DNA of 64,000 nucleotides from Bugula neritina (lineage: Eukaryota > Animalia > Bryozoa), in NCBI GenBank assembly GCA_964035545.1, contig OZ037767.1, positions 22,336,628 through 22,400,627 on the forward strand, read 5' to 3'. The translations under genes and the position numbers were made by a program. Numbering within the stretch: position 1 is the first letter of the stretch; every line of letters begins with the position of its first letter. Under the pieces are notes generated by a model. That model saw nothing but the letters and a program-made list of their open reading frames with translations. It was not told where the DNA came from and did not search any database. Positions 1 to 31,686 of this stretch are shown piece by piece.

Positions 1-304
<304 letters not shown>

Positions 305-1702
305 AAAATGTATATGTTTGTATTAGTTTTAATAGATATGATATGTAGCTTCAGTACCTCTAAACAGCAACATTTACCATCTATGAATAGGATCCCATGC
401 TTTCCCCTTTCTCAAGTAGCAAATATCAATAAAAACATTTAGACATCATATTTTCAGTTGCATGCTAAATAACATGCCCAGTTTCTAAAGACAGCATAAG
501 TCACACTTTAATAGCAATAGCAACATTTTTAAAGTATTTTTGTTTGAGCAATTACTTCAATAAATAAGCTGGCATTCAAATAAATACAAATGGATGTATA
601 ATGCTTATGCTGTTTTATATTATAAAACATATTATTTGACAGCGTTTCAATAAATATATTAAAACTGAGATTTTATGAATGAATGCAACAAAGTAACTTT
701 ACTACAACATAGAATTTGAGCGCTAAAGTATATTGCTGTTTCGTTTGCAATAAATATATAATAAAATTTAGTATAATATATATCTAGTTTTTCTTTAATG
801 CAGCATTATGTGTAAAGCTTGGTTACTTTATGTTTTTAAACTATTTCTGGAGTTATTATTCTTGAAAGATTTGCTAAAAATGCTCATCGGTTTCTATTTA
901 TGGTATTAAGAACTCAGCCTGGTGCACCTCATGCAAAATTGAATAATTTTAGTTTTTTTGAAATTTATATCAAGTTGAATTGAGATCAATAATTGTGAAT
1001 GAGCTATATTGAGTTGTTGAAGTTTCTTGGATAACACCTAAAACTTTATAATATAGACATAAATGTCACACCTAATAACTTGGTAAACCTTGTTAGATAT
1101 TTTATTGAAATCACAGCAATTGAATAAAAAAATTATTTTTCAAATTTGTTTAGATGGTCCTTATAAGATTTCATTTAAACCAATCGAATGAAAAGAGATT
1201 TAATAATAAAACAGTGTTAACTAATGTATGCTGTTATTTTCAACCATGTTTTTTGTTATACTCAAAATTTATATAAGTAAAGTAGAAACTTTAAATTAAT
1301 ATATAAACTGTTTTCTAGTTTACTTTTAAAGACTGCTACTAATTTTCATAAAACATTGTTTTTCAATAACATGTTGCTGTTTAAAGACAAGACAGCAATA
1401 TATTCCATGTACAGTAAACAGAAGATCTATAAAACTACTTAATAAGTTATAATAAAAGTTACACCAATTTATGAAGCAACTTAAAGATATTGGAATCAGT
1501 GTACTATATCTTAGTTGCACAGAGCACTCAAATAACACTATAGGTCTAATGGTAGACACTTGATTGCACTTGTGTTATATTAATTCACATGATGGTAGTT
1601 CGTAACTCATGGTAGCTGATTGCTGTAGCACTTGAATACAGCTTGTAGGTGGCTAAGTTTTTAGGCAGGTAGGCATTGACATTTGTGTCATCTTTATACA
1701 AG

Positions 1703-8985
<7,283 letters not shown>

Positions 8986-9354
8986 AGTTTATTTCAAGTT
9001 ATCAAGGCAGTTCAGTAGGATGAATATCTTTAATAAACTATTTTGAAAGATAGAAGTGTGTAGAAAGAAAATGATATAATACATTATTGTATAAAACTTG
9101 CTATATAATCTAATAATTGAGTACATTCTCTTGTCATTAGATATCACAAATTGTAATTGAAATAAGTACTCATGTTTAAGAAACACTGATATATCCTTTT
9201 TTAATGTTCAGTTGAATATTCAAATACATCCATACACCTTTCAGCTGCATATTTTCTACACTAAACATTAATTAATGTAATTAATCTTGCAACATGAATA
9301 GACTGTTACTGTATGGGTATATGTGTACAAACTTGCATTCATGAGCGTGTGCAG

Positions 9355-9612
9355 GTGTTCGTGTGTGTGCGTCCTTTCCTTCGTGGCGCCTGCGCATGTG
9401 TGTGTATGTGTGCGCGCATGTGTGTGTATACATGTGTGAGTGTGTGTGTATGTGTGTGTATACATGTGTGAGTGTGTGTGTATACATGTGTGAGTGTGTG
9501 TGTACATGTGTGAGTGTGTATACATGTGTGAGTGTGTATACATGTGTGAGTTTGCGAGTGCGTGTGTGTGTGTGTGTGTGTACATGTATGTGCACATGTG
9601 CGTGTGTGCATC
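9355..9612. repeat. Compound TG-rich microsatellite between the convergent 3' ends of MCO-1 and MCO-2
   Basis: tgtgtg/tacatg/gagtg units. Confidence 0.95.
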
Positions 9613-10730
9613 TCAAATCCTTGAGACCAATTTGAACAGTCTCAATATAACATATAGCTCTCCAAATTTGATTTAAAAATTTGTGTCAATGGTTAGCATT
9701 TCTTTTGATGTGCGTTTGAGATATATAAAGGAAAGAAATTTTATTTGCAATTAGCTACATATGTTTTTTATAAATGTCTACAGTCTTGTGAAAGATATTT
9801 GCAGTATCAATGTTGATAACAACTCTAGTGGGGCCAACTGTTCTGTCAACATAACAAAATAATAACGAATAACATGAATATCCTTGTGTCTGCTTTACAA
9901 ATTACTGCTGCACATCTATTACTGCACTCATCTCGGTACTAGAAACTGATAACATATGTATTATATATGATGCCCTACTCATAGTCTTGCTTAACTATGC
10001 CATCTTTTTAAAGGAACAGTTGGTCCCAGTGTCATCATATCGCACTTTAATTGTATTCTATTGTTCTAGCCAATGCACTCAACAACACACAAAGTTTACT
10101 ACCACACTTAGGAACAGTTATGGAGGAATTGAGATAGCTTAAGTTCTTTAATGTTGTTACTATATTTTGGTTTCAGGCTCAGGTTAAAATTCTTGTGAGA
10201 ACATAACCTTTTTTACTACATTTTTAATGTAGAACACAGGTTTTTTTATTTTCTTCAACACTGCACCTATCTCTACTACCAGTACTAACAAAAACGTTTA
10301 ATAGTCTACCATTGCTGATAGTTTATTTTAAAGAATGTTAATAGCCTTCAACTTTGTTATAACTCTTGTTTGCTTCAGGATGAGGTATGAACTTATTCAA
10401 GCAAAAAAAAGAAACTTTTAGGATTGTGTTTTCCAACAGCTATATAATTTGTATTTGTTGTCAGCTGAAATTTCTCAATCTATTCACCTGCTTGTTGATA
10501 ATTTTATGCTGGTAAACAAGAAGACCAGAAGAGTACCAAACATTGCACAACTACCTAGTGACAAAACTACGATTGTTTCAACAAATCATCAGCTAGAAGA
10601 AACTTTAACATATATAGAATAAGCTTGCTATAAATTAGGCAATAGCTACTAATTATTGGCATATATAGTTGTTTTGAGTTTTTGATGGAAAATTAGAAAC
10701 CAGAGTCGATTGAATAATGGGAGTGAGTCT

Positions 10731-13700
10731 TTACTGTGGAGGGTTTACAATGAAGTCACCACAAGTTGGAAAGTTTGAAGGTATTGTATCTTTCACACTC
10801 GCTCCATCTACATCAAACACCATCGCCATACCTACAAAAGGAAGTAGTGTGATGTTCATAGCATTTCACATTATAACCGATCATTTTTATTTGACCTTTG
10901 ATTATATTTCTGCATATTCTTATATGATAGTGCAAAGGTTTGATGCTAACAATTGCTAATTAGGCTAGTGCTGTTGCTACCACTACTATTGTTTTTACTA
11001 CTACTACCACCACTACTACTATTATTACGGCTACCGCTACCACTGCAGCTGCTACTCCTATACTATAACTGCTACACTTGCAGCAGTATTTATAAGAATG
11101 GTTACTTTACTCAGTAGGCTAGCTGTAGTTCGAAGTCAAGTTATTATGCAAAAAAGGATTTTTAGTGCTGGTTTCTTTCTTGTGCATAGGATAAAACTAC
11201 CATGATATCGTTTATCTTCATTTTTATGTCAAATAGTTGATTTTCTTACCTAAATGGAGATGGGCGGCTTGATGACAATGAGCTATCCAGTAACCAGGGT
11301 TATCTGTGTATATTCTGATGACAGCATATCCTCCATTAGGTATGAGGAGATTATCTTTCAGAGGTGGTTTGTGAACAGGAACATAACTAAGTTCTTCCCT
11401 CATCCACTGAGCATCGTAGCAGAAATCATTAGTACAGTTGATATCCATTTTATCTAAGTTGAATATAAACAATTATAAATTTGAAAAAAATATCAGTTTA
11501 TGTTATTTTCATCCAACAATTATTCTCAAAAACTCAAATTCTTATTGTGAAAATATTGAAAAAAATTTCAGTTAGTATAAATAAAAATTGAAATATAAAC
11601 CAACTTAGATAAAATATAATACAGGCATAGATGTCGCATAGTGTAAATTACACCAAAATTAAAATAAGACTGTAAGAGTTTAGTCAATTGCTGATCATTA
11701 TCTATAGTAATTGACTGAAGGCTCGTGTATATTTTAATTGAATCAGCTATTAGTGAAAACGTTTCATGAGTTTTTTACAATTTTAAATAAAAGTAACTTT
11801 TATATTAGAATGCCTACAACCACTTACATCTTGTGTGTATGAGGCCTGTGACATTGTCTTTCACTGGGTATACAACTTTGAGTACAGCAAATCTGTAACC
11901 GTGCATGTGCCAAGTGTGTACATATGGATAGAGAACTGTATGCGTAATGACCATCTGTATTATATGCTGCAAACATAAAGTTATAACATTGCAATACATT
12001 GCACATGTTTGTATAAAAGGGTTATACAAATTTATATATTTCTAAATGAGAGTTTGTTGGAATTGATGGTAGTTGAGCAGTGTAAAGTAGTAGGAATTTG
12101 TTCAGCAATATCAGCTTGGGATTCAGCAGTGTTATTGAATAAAAACATAGCAAATTGAACTGTATTTACATATTCAAATTTTGTTTTGCAAAACTCAAGT
12201 AGGTTTTGTAAACATGAGGCAACTAAAATTGAATGCTTATGCCCTGGTGTTTTATTTTCTCCACTTTCTGGTGGGATGAATTTCAAATTACAAAACTAAA
12301 AATAGAATTGCGTTGCTATAATGGGTGACATATATTTAGTGACAGCTTACAAACTTGAGACAACCACTAGGCAGAATTAACTGCTGGCATTTTTTTATAC
12401 TATTGCAAAGCGTAACTTTGCTGTGCATAAAAAGAAATGATTCCTTAACAGAATATTATCATTATGTTTTATATATCTTTAAAACTACATTATCGCTACA
12501 TTTAGAAAGATAGCAAAATGTTAAAGTATATAAAATTATAAAATGTACCATATGTTTTCATAGAACTTAAACTATCATTCTAAAAAATATACTTGCATTT
12601 CTAGGCAGCTTCTGGACATAAGTGCATTGACATGATTGGCTGTCACAGAGCTCTTCGTCACACTTGGTTCCTGCCGTCTCATAATCATCCTGGTAAAAAT
12701 TAGATGGAGGTAAAACCAGAGATCTTCCGTTTATTCCGTGGTGATGGATTGAGCTAAAGGCGAAGAAGTACTCTGTGGCGTTGCCTCTACAAAAAGTTAC
12801 ACATTTTGAAATATGTAATATAGAGATGAAAATTATAACTATAACATAATTGAAGTGTTTTTAGAAAAATAAGGACAAAAATAGACATATGTCGATATTG
12901 CATGCACATAACTTTAATTTGTTTAATAAAAATATAGTAGAAACATCCTTCTCACTTTATTTTAGCTAAAATGCAAAGTTCACAAATGTTGGTAGAGATA
13001 AATTGACTCTTTTTAAGTTTCAAGCTTGAGTGTATTTACATCATTATAACATGCAGAATTTTCAAATTTCAAGCAGTATTAATATTAAGAAATCTTAAAT
13101 GTTTACAATTAGAGTTATTAGATACACATTTTATAATAATGGTGGTGTTTTGGTGTAAAGCTTTTGCTCTATGGTTGTAAGTTTACAAACTTGTTACGCT
13201 TATTTTCACCTCACATGTTATTTTCTAAAGACAGCTTGTAGCAAAATCAAATTGATGAACTGCAAATTGCAAACCTACCTCCCTATTATTCAAGCCGCCC
13301 TTTTGCTAGTGAAACCTTGTAAATACCATCTATATTGTTAAGTTACCTTTTTAGTATGCTATTATTTCAGAAAACAGCCATTTTCTTATTTAAAATTCAT
13401 TATACAGTTAAAAATTGTACAATCAGAGAGCCTAAAATCTTGCTATTTCAAGTGTATAACGAAGCAACTTGTAAACTTTCAAATAAACTCACACAATTTT
13501 TTCAACTTCGGCTGCATGGTAACTGGTAGAGTTTAGATGGTGCATTGGAATACATATCCAGCCAGGAGCCTTGTGGAAAGGGCAGTTGACAGACACACAC
13601 GGATTGTCATCTCGGCAAGGTTTGGAAGAAGTGACAGGGTCTTCTGAGGAGTTTGTGTAGGAAAGGATAGAGAAGCCACGTGGTGAATGCAGCCAATCAG

Positions 13701-16700
13701 GAGCCCTGTATCTTACCCAATAATTACCTGAAGTTATAAGAGAAAAAGACATATTATAACACTATCCTAGGCTTACGTGACTGTGAAAGTACAAATAAAT
13801 AGTGTTTACAATAATTTACCATACTTCTGGGAACATACCAGGAGGTTGGTCAGCTGTAATCATAACATTCATTCTTTCTCCTACCGCTAAGAATACTGAA
13901 TCAACAACAAATGGCTCGATTTCACAACCTTCTACCCCCACTACCGTCAGTGGATGCTCATCAATGGAGAACTACAGATAACAACAGAAATTCATGTATA
14001 ATGTTAGTTTTTAAAGTATATAAAAGCAACATAGTTTACCTGATAACATAGTGTAGTACATAGGCAATAGTAAACCAACTCAAACGCAATTTTGCCTAAA
14101 GAAAAAAGCTGCTTAAACATGAAACGTTTATTTTTTAATCAACGTTTCTTTAGGTCAAAATTTATTACGACTTACATTGCTCATTTATAATTTAATTTAC
14201 TTTCAGCACACATTTATTATTAACCTACTTCAAACTCATCGTCAAATCCAGCATTAATAATTCTGAACAAATATTCTTGTCCTTGCTCAACTCTGTGAAT
14301 CTCCAAGGGCGCCGTGTTCTTCCCAAACCTTCCCCTGCCATTGATCAGGTGACTATCAGATGGAAAGTTGAGGACATCAGGATCTTGGGTGCTCAAATCT
14401 TGATACCTATCATCAATGGCTACCAAGGAAAACAATGAAAAATTTACTATAAACATATATTTTAATTTACTGAGGGCTAAAAGTGTTGATGTTATAAAAA
14501 TTATCAATTTGCACTAAAAATGAAAAATTAATGAAACTTTAGATAAGTAATGTACTTTGTTCGTTGCCCTTGCAATAAGTTCAATACCCAGTTTCCATTT
14601 CTATATTAAAATATAAAATTAAGTGCAACAATTCACATGCCAACATAGCATGAGCTTACAACTTACTATTAAAGCTTAAGCCAATAAAAAACTTAAATTT
14701 ACTTTACGAAGATAAAGAGTGTTGAAAATTGAAATGTTTGAAATGCATTTGTACACAAAAGAAATCAAAACTACAAGGAGACTAGAGTTGGAGGATTGCA
14801 CAGTATGTCTGCCTACTACTAGCTGTTATAAACAAAAGTGTGATACTTACGAGAATATGACCCTGCAGGATATTTAGGGCCTGTATACGTGCTGGCAAAT
14901 GCAGTTGCTCCTATATGTAGCCAATCACTGACTACAAGGTTGAATGCTGGTGGGGGAGGTTTTGCCGGGTCATAAACTATCACAGCTCCAAACAGCCCAT
15001 CCATTTTCTGCATCCCCTGATGAGAATGATACCAGTAGGTACCAACCTCATCAGCCACAAACCTGTGGAGTAGTAAAAATGCTATTCAAATGAAAGTAAC
15101 AGCTGCATGCTTCAAAATATGCTTATATTAAACAAGCAAATTTATAAATTCATCTATGAAAAAGCTGTAGTCGCTATAGTTTTAACTTAAATTTTTAAAA
15201 GCTCAGTTTATTTAGAATAATTTTTAATAAGGTTTTTGTTTTTCATAATAACCATATGTTGGCTCTGAAACGCAACAAAGTACAATCAGCTAGTTACTAG
15301 AAGCTGTTTATGAAACCAGAGATAAAATAATGAGTATATATACTTGTAGGTAAATATAGCGCCAGGAGAAATTGGACACTGTGTAACATATGAGACACCA
15401 TCAGCCCAGGGAGTTGCGATACCACCAGTTGCATTACTTCCTTTCATATTAATACCATGCCAATGTACTGAAGCACTGTCTGTTTGAAGATTATTTAATA
15501 CCCGGACATAGACCTATAAAATAGAACAAGTACATGCAAAATACTTAAATATAATTGCAACCTGTATCGAAACATTTGACCAGAAAAAAATAGCCATGTA
15601 AACAGTAATTATAAATATATTTTTTTGACAAAAGCAAATCTGTTAATTTAATATTTAACATACTCGGAGCTATTTTATGTTCATGTTCAACAAATTTATT
15701 GTTTCTCAGAATATAACATTGTAAACTGAAAATTAGCCAAAATGAAATAGGCTACTTTTCTCAGTTGTGTTATGGAAAAGTTTGTAAAAGGCTTTTAAAG
15801 GTTATTCTCTCAATTATTTTACTTTGGCTATAGTCAGCATGTGAGTTGTGAGAATAAAAGCACTTCTTACAAACAAATATGCTCAATAGAGTAATAAAAG
15901 TAATTTCACCACATGCATGCATACTTGATATTAATACTGTTTTCAAGTTAAATTTTTGGTCAAAAGTTGTCAAAATATTACCTAATGCAGTTACAGCAAT
16001 GGTAATTTAAGTTTGAACGTGTCTCTTTTTTAGCTGTTACACTAATCAACAGATTATTACCAAAAAGCAGTACAGAGCTTTTTTAGTATAAAGAGGAAAT
16101 TACACTGTTTATATTTTTAGTTACTATTTACAAAAACACTCTTTCATTAATAATACTTTTATACATTTTAACATTTATCTACACAAACTTTACAAGTTAT
16201 ATGACTTACAAGTGCTCCTAATGGAACTTCTATGGGGGGTCCTGGGTACTGCCCGTTGATGGCAATGTATGTAGACTGTGCACCATCTAAAGTAACTACT
16301 TCCTCTTTGCTTAATATCACTTTTGTGAGGTTAGGGGTGTAGTAGAGCTCTCCGTTATCCAGACTCACATCCTGATAACAATTAACAAATATTGTCAAAA
16401 GCACATTTATGTAACATATGTTACATAAATATGTTTTGACCTAATTATAATGCAGGCATAGCAAAAAGCCTATTATTATGATTACAAAATATTACCCAAA
16501 GCTGTATGATTTAAAATGATTCTTGTAGATATTTATCTAATTTTATAAAACATATTTATATGAGTTAGGAGTTGATTCATGTTTTGGCCAGAGAGTGGGG
16601 GTGGTAGGGGTGTAAGAGTAACTATGCAGTTGATTAAATAGTATATTACATATACACCTGTGCAATCACGTACACTGAATACTTAAAAAAGCTACCAGCA

Positions 16701-17536
16701 TCTTACAAATACATTCATCCGTTTGTTAAGAAATAGTCTAGTTAAATATAGTCTAGTGAACACTAATAGGTGTATAAAATATAGAATATATAACTTTGTA
16801 GCAGATGTAGAACTACTGGTACCATATACCAACATGACTCAAGATTGTGTTTTATATAAGAAATTATATTATAACAATTCAAACTGAATCTAAAATTATT
16901 GATATGTAAAATATAAAAGTTGAATGGTAAATTGTTTGCAAAAATTATGCTTCCTTGAACAGCTATTACAGTTAACATTCAAAAACAAAACTGATACGAG
17001 AAGAAAAAATCCTAGTCATTTAATGATTATAATAAATAAAGGCTACCGAAGTTTTGTAAATAAAATGACATTTGCACTCATGGTGTTGAAGTAATTTTCC
17101 TTATAGCACTATTTTGTTTCAAACTATGTTAGCTTTTCAATCTAACAATGACATGACAGCATGCAGTGTACTATCTATATAACCTGTATAATTTAAGATC
17201 TACTAAAATATAATCCAAATTATAGTTACTCTTTTGTAAAAATATGTTTAAGCAATAACAACAATGATTATTAGTGCATTCTATGGCTTGAGCAAGTTGG
17301 TAAAATAGCTACAACAAGCATATATGAATGAAATAGTTTGATAGCTCTATGGTGTATTTTTAAACTTCACTCACCCAATTGATTCCTGCAGAGTCTTTAT
17401 AAGTCATTGATGTGGCCCACGTCAAGTTCAGCTCAAACTCGTACACATTGGATTCTGTCACTGGTATTGGAACAGCTGCCTTCAGAGAGGCTAGGCTGAA
17501 CACACAAGCTAACAAGGCAAGCTTGTAGGCAGACAT
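10731..17536 (-). CDS. MCO-2: secreted multicopper oxidase (laccase-like), 11 exons, about 632 aa
   Basis: Exons (transcript order) 17536-17375, 16371-16210, 15513-15344, 15062-14851, 14419-14229, 13971-13839, 13727-13493, 12786-12597, 11966-11828, 11453-11250, 10831-10731; total 1899 nt. Intron 8 has a GC donor. N-terminus [15 protein letters not shown]; [28 protein letters not shown]; ends [16 protein letters not shown]. Confidence 0.95.
10975..11070. repeat. (ACT/ACC/GCT)n trinucleotide tract in MCO-2 intron 10
   Basis: Direct inspection. Confidence 0.85.
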
Positions 17537-17687
17537 TTTGTCTTGAGTACAACTACTCTAAAGCCTAGGCTCAGACATTAAAAAGATTTCATGCACACAA
17601 AATAGTTGAAAAGTAACACTTTAGTAAGTCTATACTGTTCAACCTGTTCAGGTAAAGTGTTGGAACCATCCAATCACAAGCATCCTT

Positions 17688-17698
17688 TGCTGAGTCAT
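17688..17698 (-). promoter_or_regulatory. Candidate antioxidant response element (CNC/Nrf2-small Maf site, contains AP-1 core) about 150 bp upstream of MCO-2 ATG
   Basis: TGCTGAGTCAT on + = ATGACTCAGCA on -, an exact match to the RTGACTCAGCA consensus. Confidence 0.45.
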
Positions 17699-18278
17699 TC
17701 AAGGCCTTTGATCTCGAAAGGCGGCAATATACTGACGGTATTGAAAAAGAATGTAGTCCTTTGATGGTACTGCGTGAGAATATGCACGGTTTTGCTGAGC
17801 TTAAAACTTCCTGTTGGAGTTATTGTTAGTGACCCAAATTTGCAAATAAGCAGTCAAGATGTTATGTGAATTAACAATATGCATCTTTTATAACAATCTT
17901 CCAGCTTTTGACTTTTATCGGTAGCATTAAAGTCAGCAAGTTCACTGCTTGAAATATTTTAACTAAAAACTGCTCTAGCTAGCTTTTAAGTAAGTATTAA
18001 TTTCCTTCCGACATAAAAGGGTTTCTTGTTCAGATGAAACTAGGATGCAACTTCGATGTTAATCATTAATTATAAAATAACTCACAAATATAAGCTGGCA
18101 CTAAAAACTAGCTGCATCCTACTACAGTCTCTGACTGTAAAGTTATAGGAATTGCCAAGTTTAAAATTATTACTAGACATCAAGTATATTTATAGCTTGA
18201 ATGGATGTCATTTTAGAAGTAGATTTACTGTGCATGGACAGACATAATATAGCACAGTTCTTATTATTAAATATTATA

Positions 18279-18490
18279 GGGAGAAGCTGTGGTCTAGAGG
18301 TTGAAGCGTTTGTCTAGCAAATATGTGTTCCAACCCGGGCAAAGGCCGTTGGTGATGTTAGGAAGAGCATCCAGTCATGATTGCTCCTGTGCCTCATCTG
18401 AACCAGTCATTAGCCCGTTCTAACAAAAACCCTTTTCATCCGAGGTTTCCCCCAGAAATGGTGACTATAAACTTGTGTGAGTTTTTTTAA
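18279..18490 (+). mobile_element. tRNA-derived SINE, most complete copy in the window
   Basis: A-box-like tggtctagagg, B-box-like gttccaacc, shared core gttaggaagagcatccagtca and 3' part ggtgactataaactt..gagtttttt; related copies at about 7 other sites. Confidence 0.75.
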
Positions 18491-18621
18491 ATGTCATGAA
18501 TAAAGTAAGCTTTTTAGTTCATCATGAGCATTTAATAACCTCATTGCTGTATTTGGTGCTTATTCCATAGCTTATATGGAGCCATAGATTACTAAAGCCT
18601 CCTCTTCCTTGTTTTGGCTTA

Positions 18622-18643
18622 TGTGTGTGTGTGTGTGTGTTTG

Positions 18644-18711
<68 letters not shown>

Positions 18712-18726
18712 TGTGTGTGTGTGTGT
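18622..18726. repeat. (TG)n/(TGCG)n microsatellite
   Basis: Direct inspection. Confidence 0.97.
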
Positions 18727-19960
18727 AAAGACAAATGGCCAAATTTAGCAGTCCATAAGTTAAATCTGGAATTCTACTAAGTCATGAATTGAGATTTGAG
18801 ACGGTAGCTTAGTGAGATATGAAGGGAGCACTTCAATATAATATAAAGATGATTTTTTAGCTGCAAAAATACAGAAACTGTAACTGTCTAATTTTTACAA
18901 ATTATTAAACGAGTTTAATTACATATTGCCTTTTTTAGGGTAATATAGTTTTTGTATTTTGAAAGCTGATAAAGGAGGATTTGCCAAACAACCATTGTGT
19001 GGTGTAGCGATAAGGCAGACATGATGATTTATGCTCTCCCCAAAATATGCTTGAAGAGAATACAACTTTTAATTAATAATGGATTTGGTGAATGAATACA
19101 GAGGTAAGTTTGCAGCATAGATAGTTTATATTTTAGTAGATAAAAGCACAGAAAACAGATCTCAAATGCAAGCTAAAATTTAGGAATCGACTAAAAACCA
19201 CCACATAGTTTGAGTTATTTGATAACTTTACTCCAAACTATATCATTATTATCCTTTTGGCAATAATCATAGTATTTTATAAAGTTTGTCAATGCAAAAA
19301 AAGCTTTTCTGTAATTTATAATTTTATAACTACAACTGTTTGGCACAAATACTATTTTTAGACTAAAATGCTGCATTCTTTTGAAGAAGGAAAACCTGTA
19401 TTGTGAAAAATTTTGTTAGTTCCAGTTAATATTCATAAATCATGAAACCAATTGTTGCAATAGTTTTAAAATCATCAGTTTTAATGCACAATTAATCTAT
19501 GCAGTGACTCTGAGCTCAAACTTATTGTCACAAAATTATATAAAATAAAAGCAACAACACTATGAGAAAAGTTAACAGCTTATTTTGTTAATATAAAAGT
19601 TACAATTACTACAACTTAGTAATAACAGAGTCTAACTCATCTAAATATTGCAGTTATATTTGTTACACAGGGCAGGTTGGTTATAATAGCAAACTTAGTT
19701 TTATAAATTTGCTACGTGTTGCACAGGACTATTGAGCTGGCATCATTAGATCAGCTAAAGTAGTAAAAATACTGGCAGTGAAGCATTGTGCTGATTCTGC
19801 GTAATCTTATTTTACCAAAATGGGTTATTTGTTAAAAATATATGAAAAAGTCAATAATATAACTTGCTATTCTACGTTTTTGCCGGTAAATTATCATTAG
19901 AGGTAGGGCATTGGTCAAAAAGTACATTTGTTGTTAATACAGATTGTTCAAGTGCTGATT

Positions 19961-30549
<10,589 letters not shown>

Positions 30550-31686
30550 TTTGTTATTTGTTTTTTCTCAGTAATAAAAGCACAAATTTAAAACTAGCCA
30601 CTGCTAGACGCCTCAGTGAAGTTATTAAACTCTTCTCTCATAGTTCTCAGAGTTTTTCTCATTAAGTGGTTCGGGTATTCTATGAAACAAAAACTGCTTG
30701 CGTATACCAGCATCTTTTAACTGCGACATGTTACGGTAATATATAAGAACGTTATCACTATTGAACCTTGAAATAGCATAGCTATATATAGTAACAGGTA
30801 AGTAGTTACACAGACAGATGCTCTACCAGCACTAAAAGAATGCTTTGTCATAAAATAATGTTTTATAACCACTTTTGTAGTTCTGAGTCATATATTAGCT
30901 AATTAATCGTTTTCAATGATCAAAATTTTAGTTGACTTTAGTTCATTTAGAATATAGCAATTGAAATATTTTAGAATAGTCAATATTAGTTAATAAAAAA
31001 TGTCAGAAGCATTATGAATTCAATATGCTATGTGGAAGGAGTTGTGACAAAATAAACTTACTATATATTAAAAGCTTGCAGCATTAAATAACAATTCTGC
31101 ACTTTACAAATCATATTATTATTGAATCTTTATATTTTATTTGTACATTCTTTGCATGTTTATACACTCTTGTATACCTTTTTGTTTTTTTTGTAGCTTT
31201 TATGCATACTTCTTCTCTAATTTATTTTCAATTTTGAAGTTTTGCCTCACTACTATACTATGTTTACTAAAATATTATATAGTATTGTACTATTCTATAA
31301 CACTGTATATGTTAAAGTATAATACATAATTATAGAACAATCTGTTTGCTGTTAACAAAATTTATCTGAACATGCTAAAAAGTTAAATGACACTAAATTT
31401 AGAAATATAAATTTCATTAAGTTCAATCACTTTGCTAACCCCTGGCCTGTTGGTACTAGACTGCATTCATTAATTTTTCTTTCAAAAACTATTTGAAAGT
31501 TTTTTTTAGAAGCAAAATATTCATAGCTACAAATGAGAAACATTTACAATCTATTTGACTGAAACAAAGAAAAATTCAAGTTGTGCAACAAAATATAAAA
31601 CTTAAATAAAAAAGCTTTGTGAGTATTTATGTCATAAAGAAAATTTGGCATACAAATCACTATTTTTTCAATTCTAATTTATTAGC

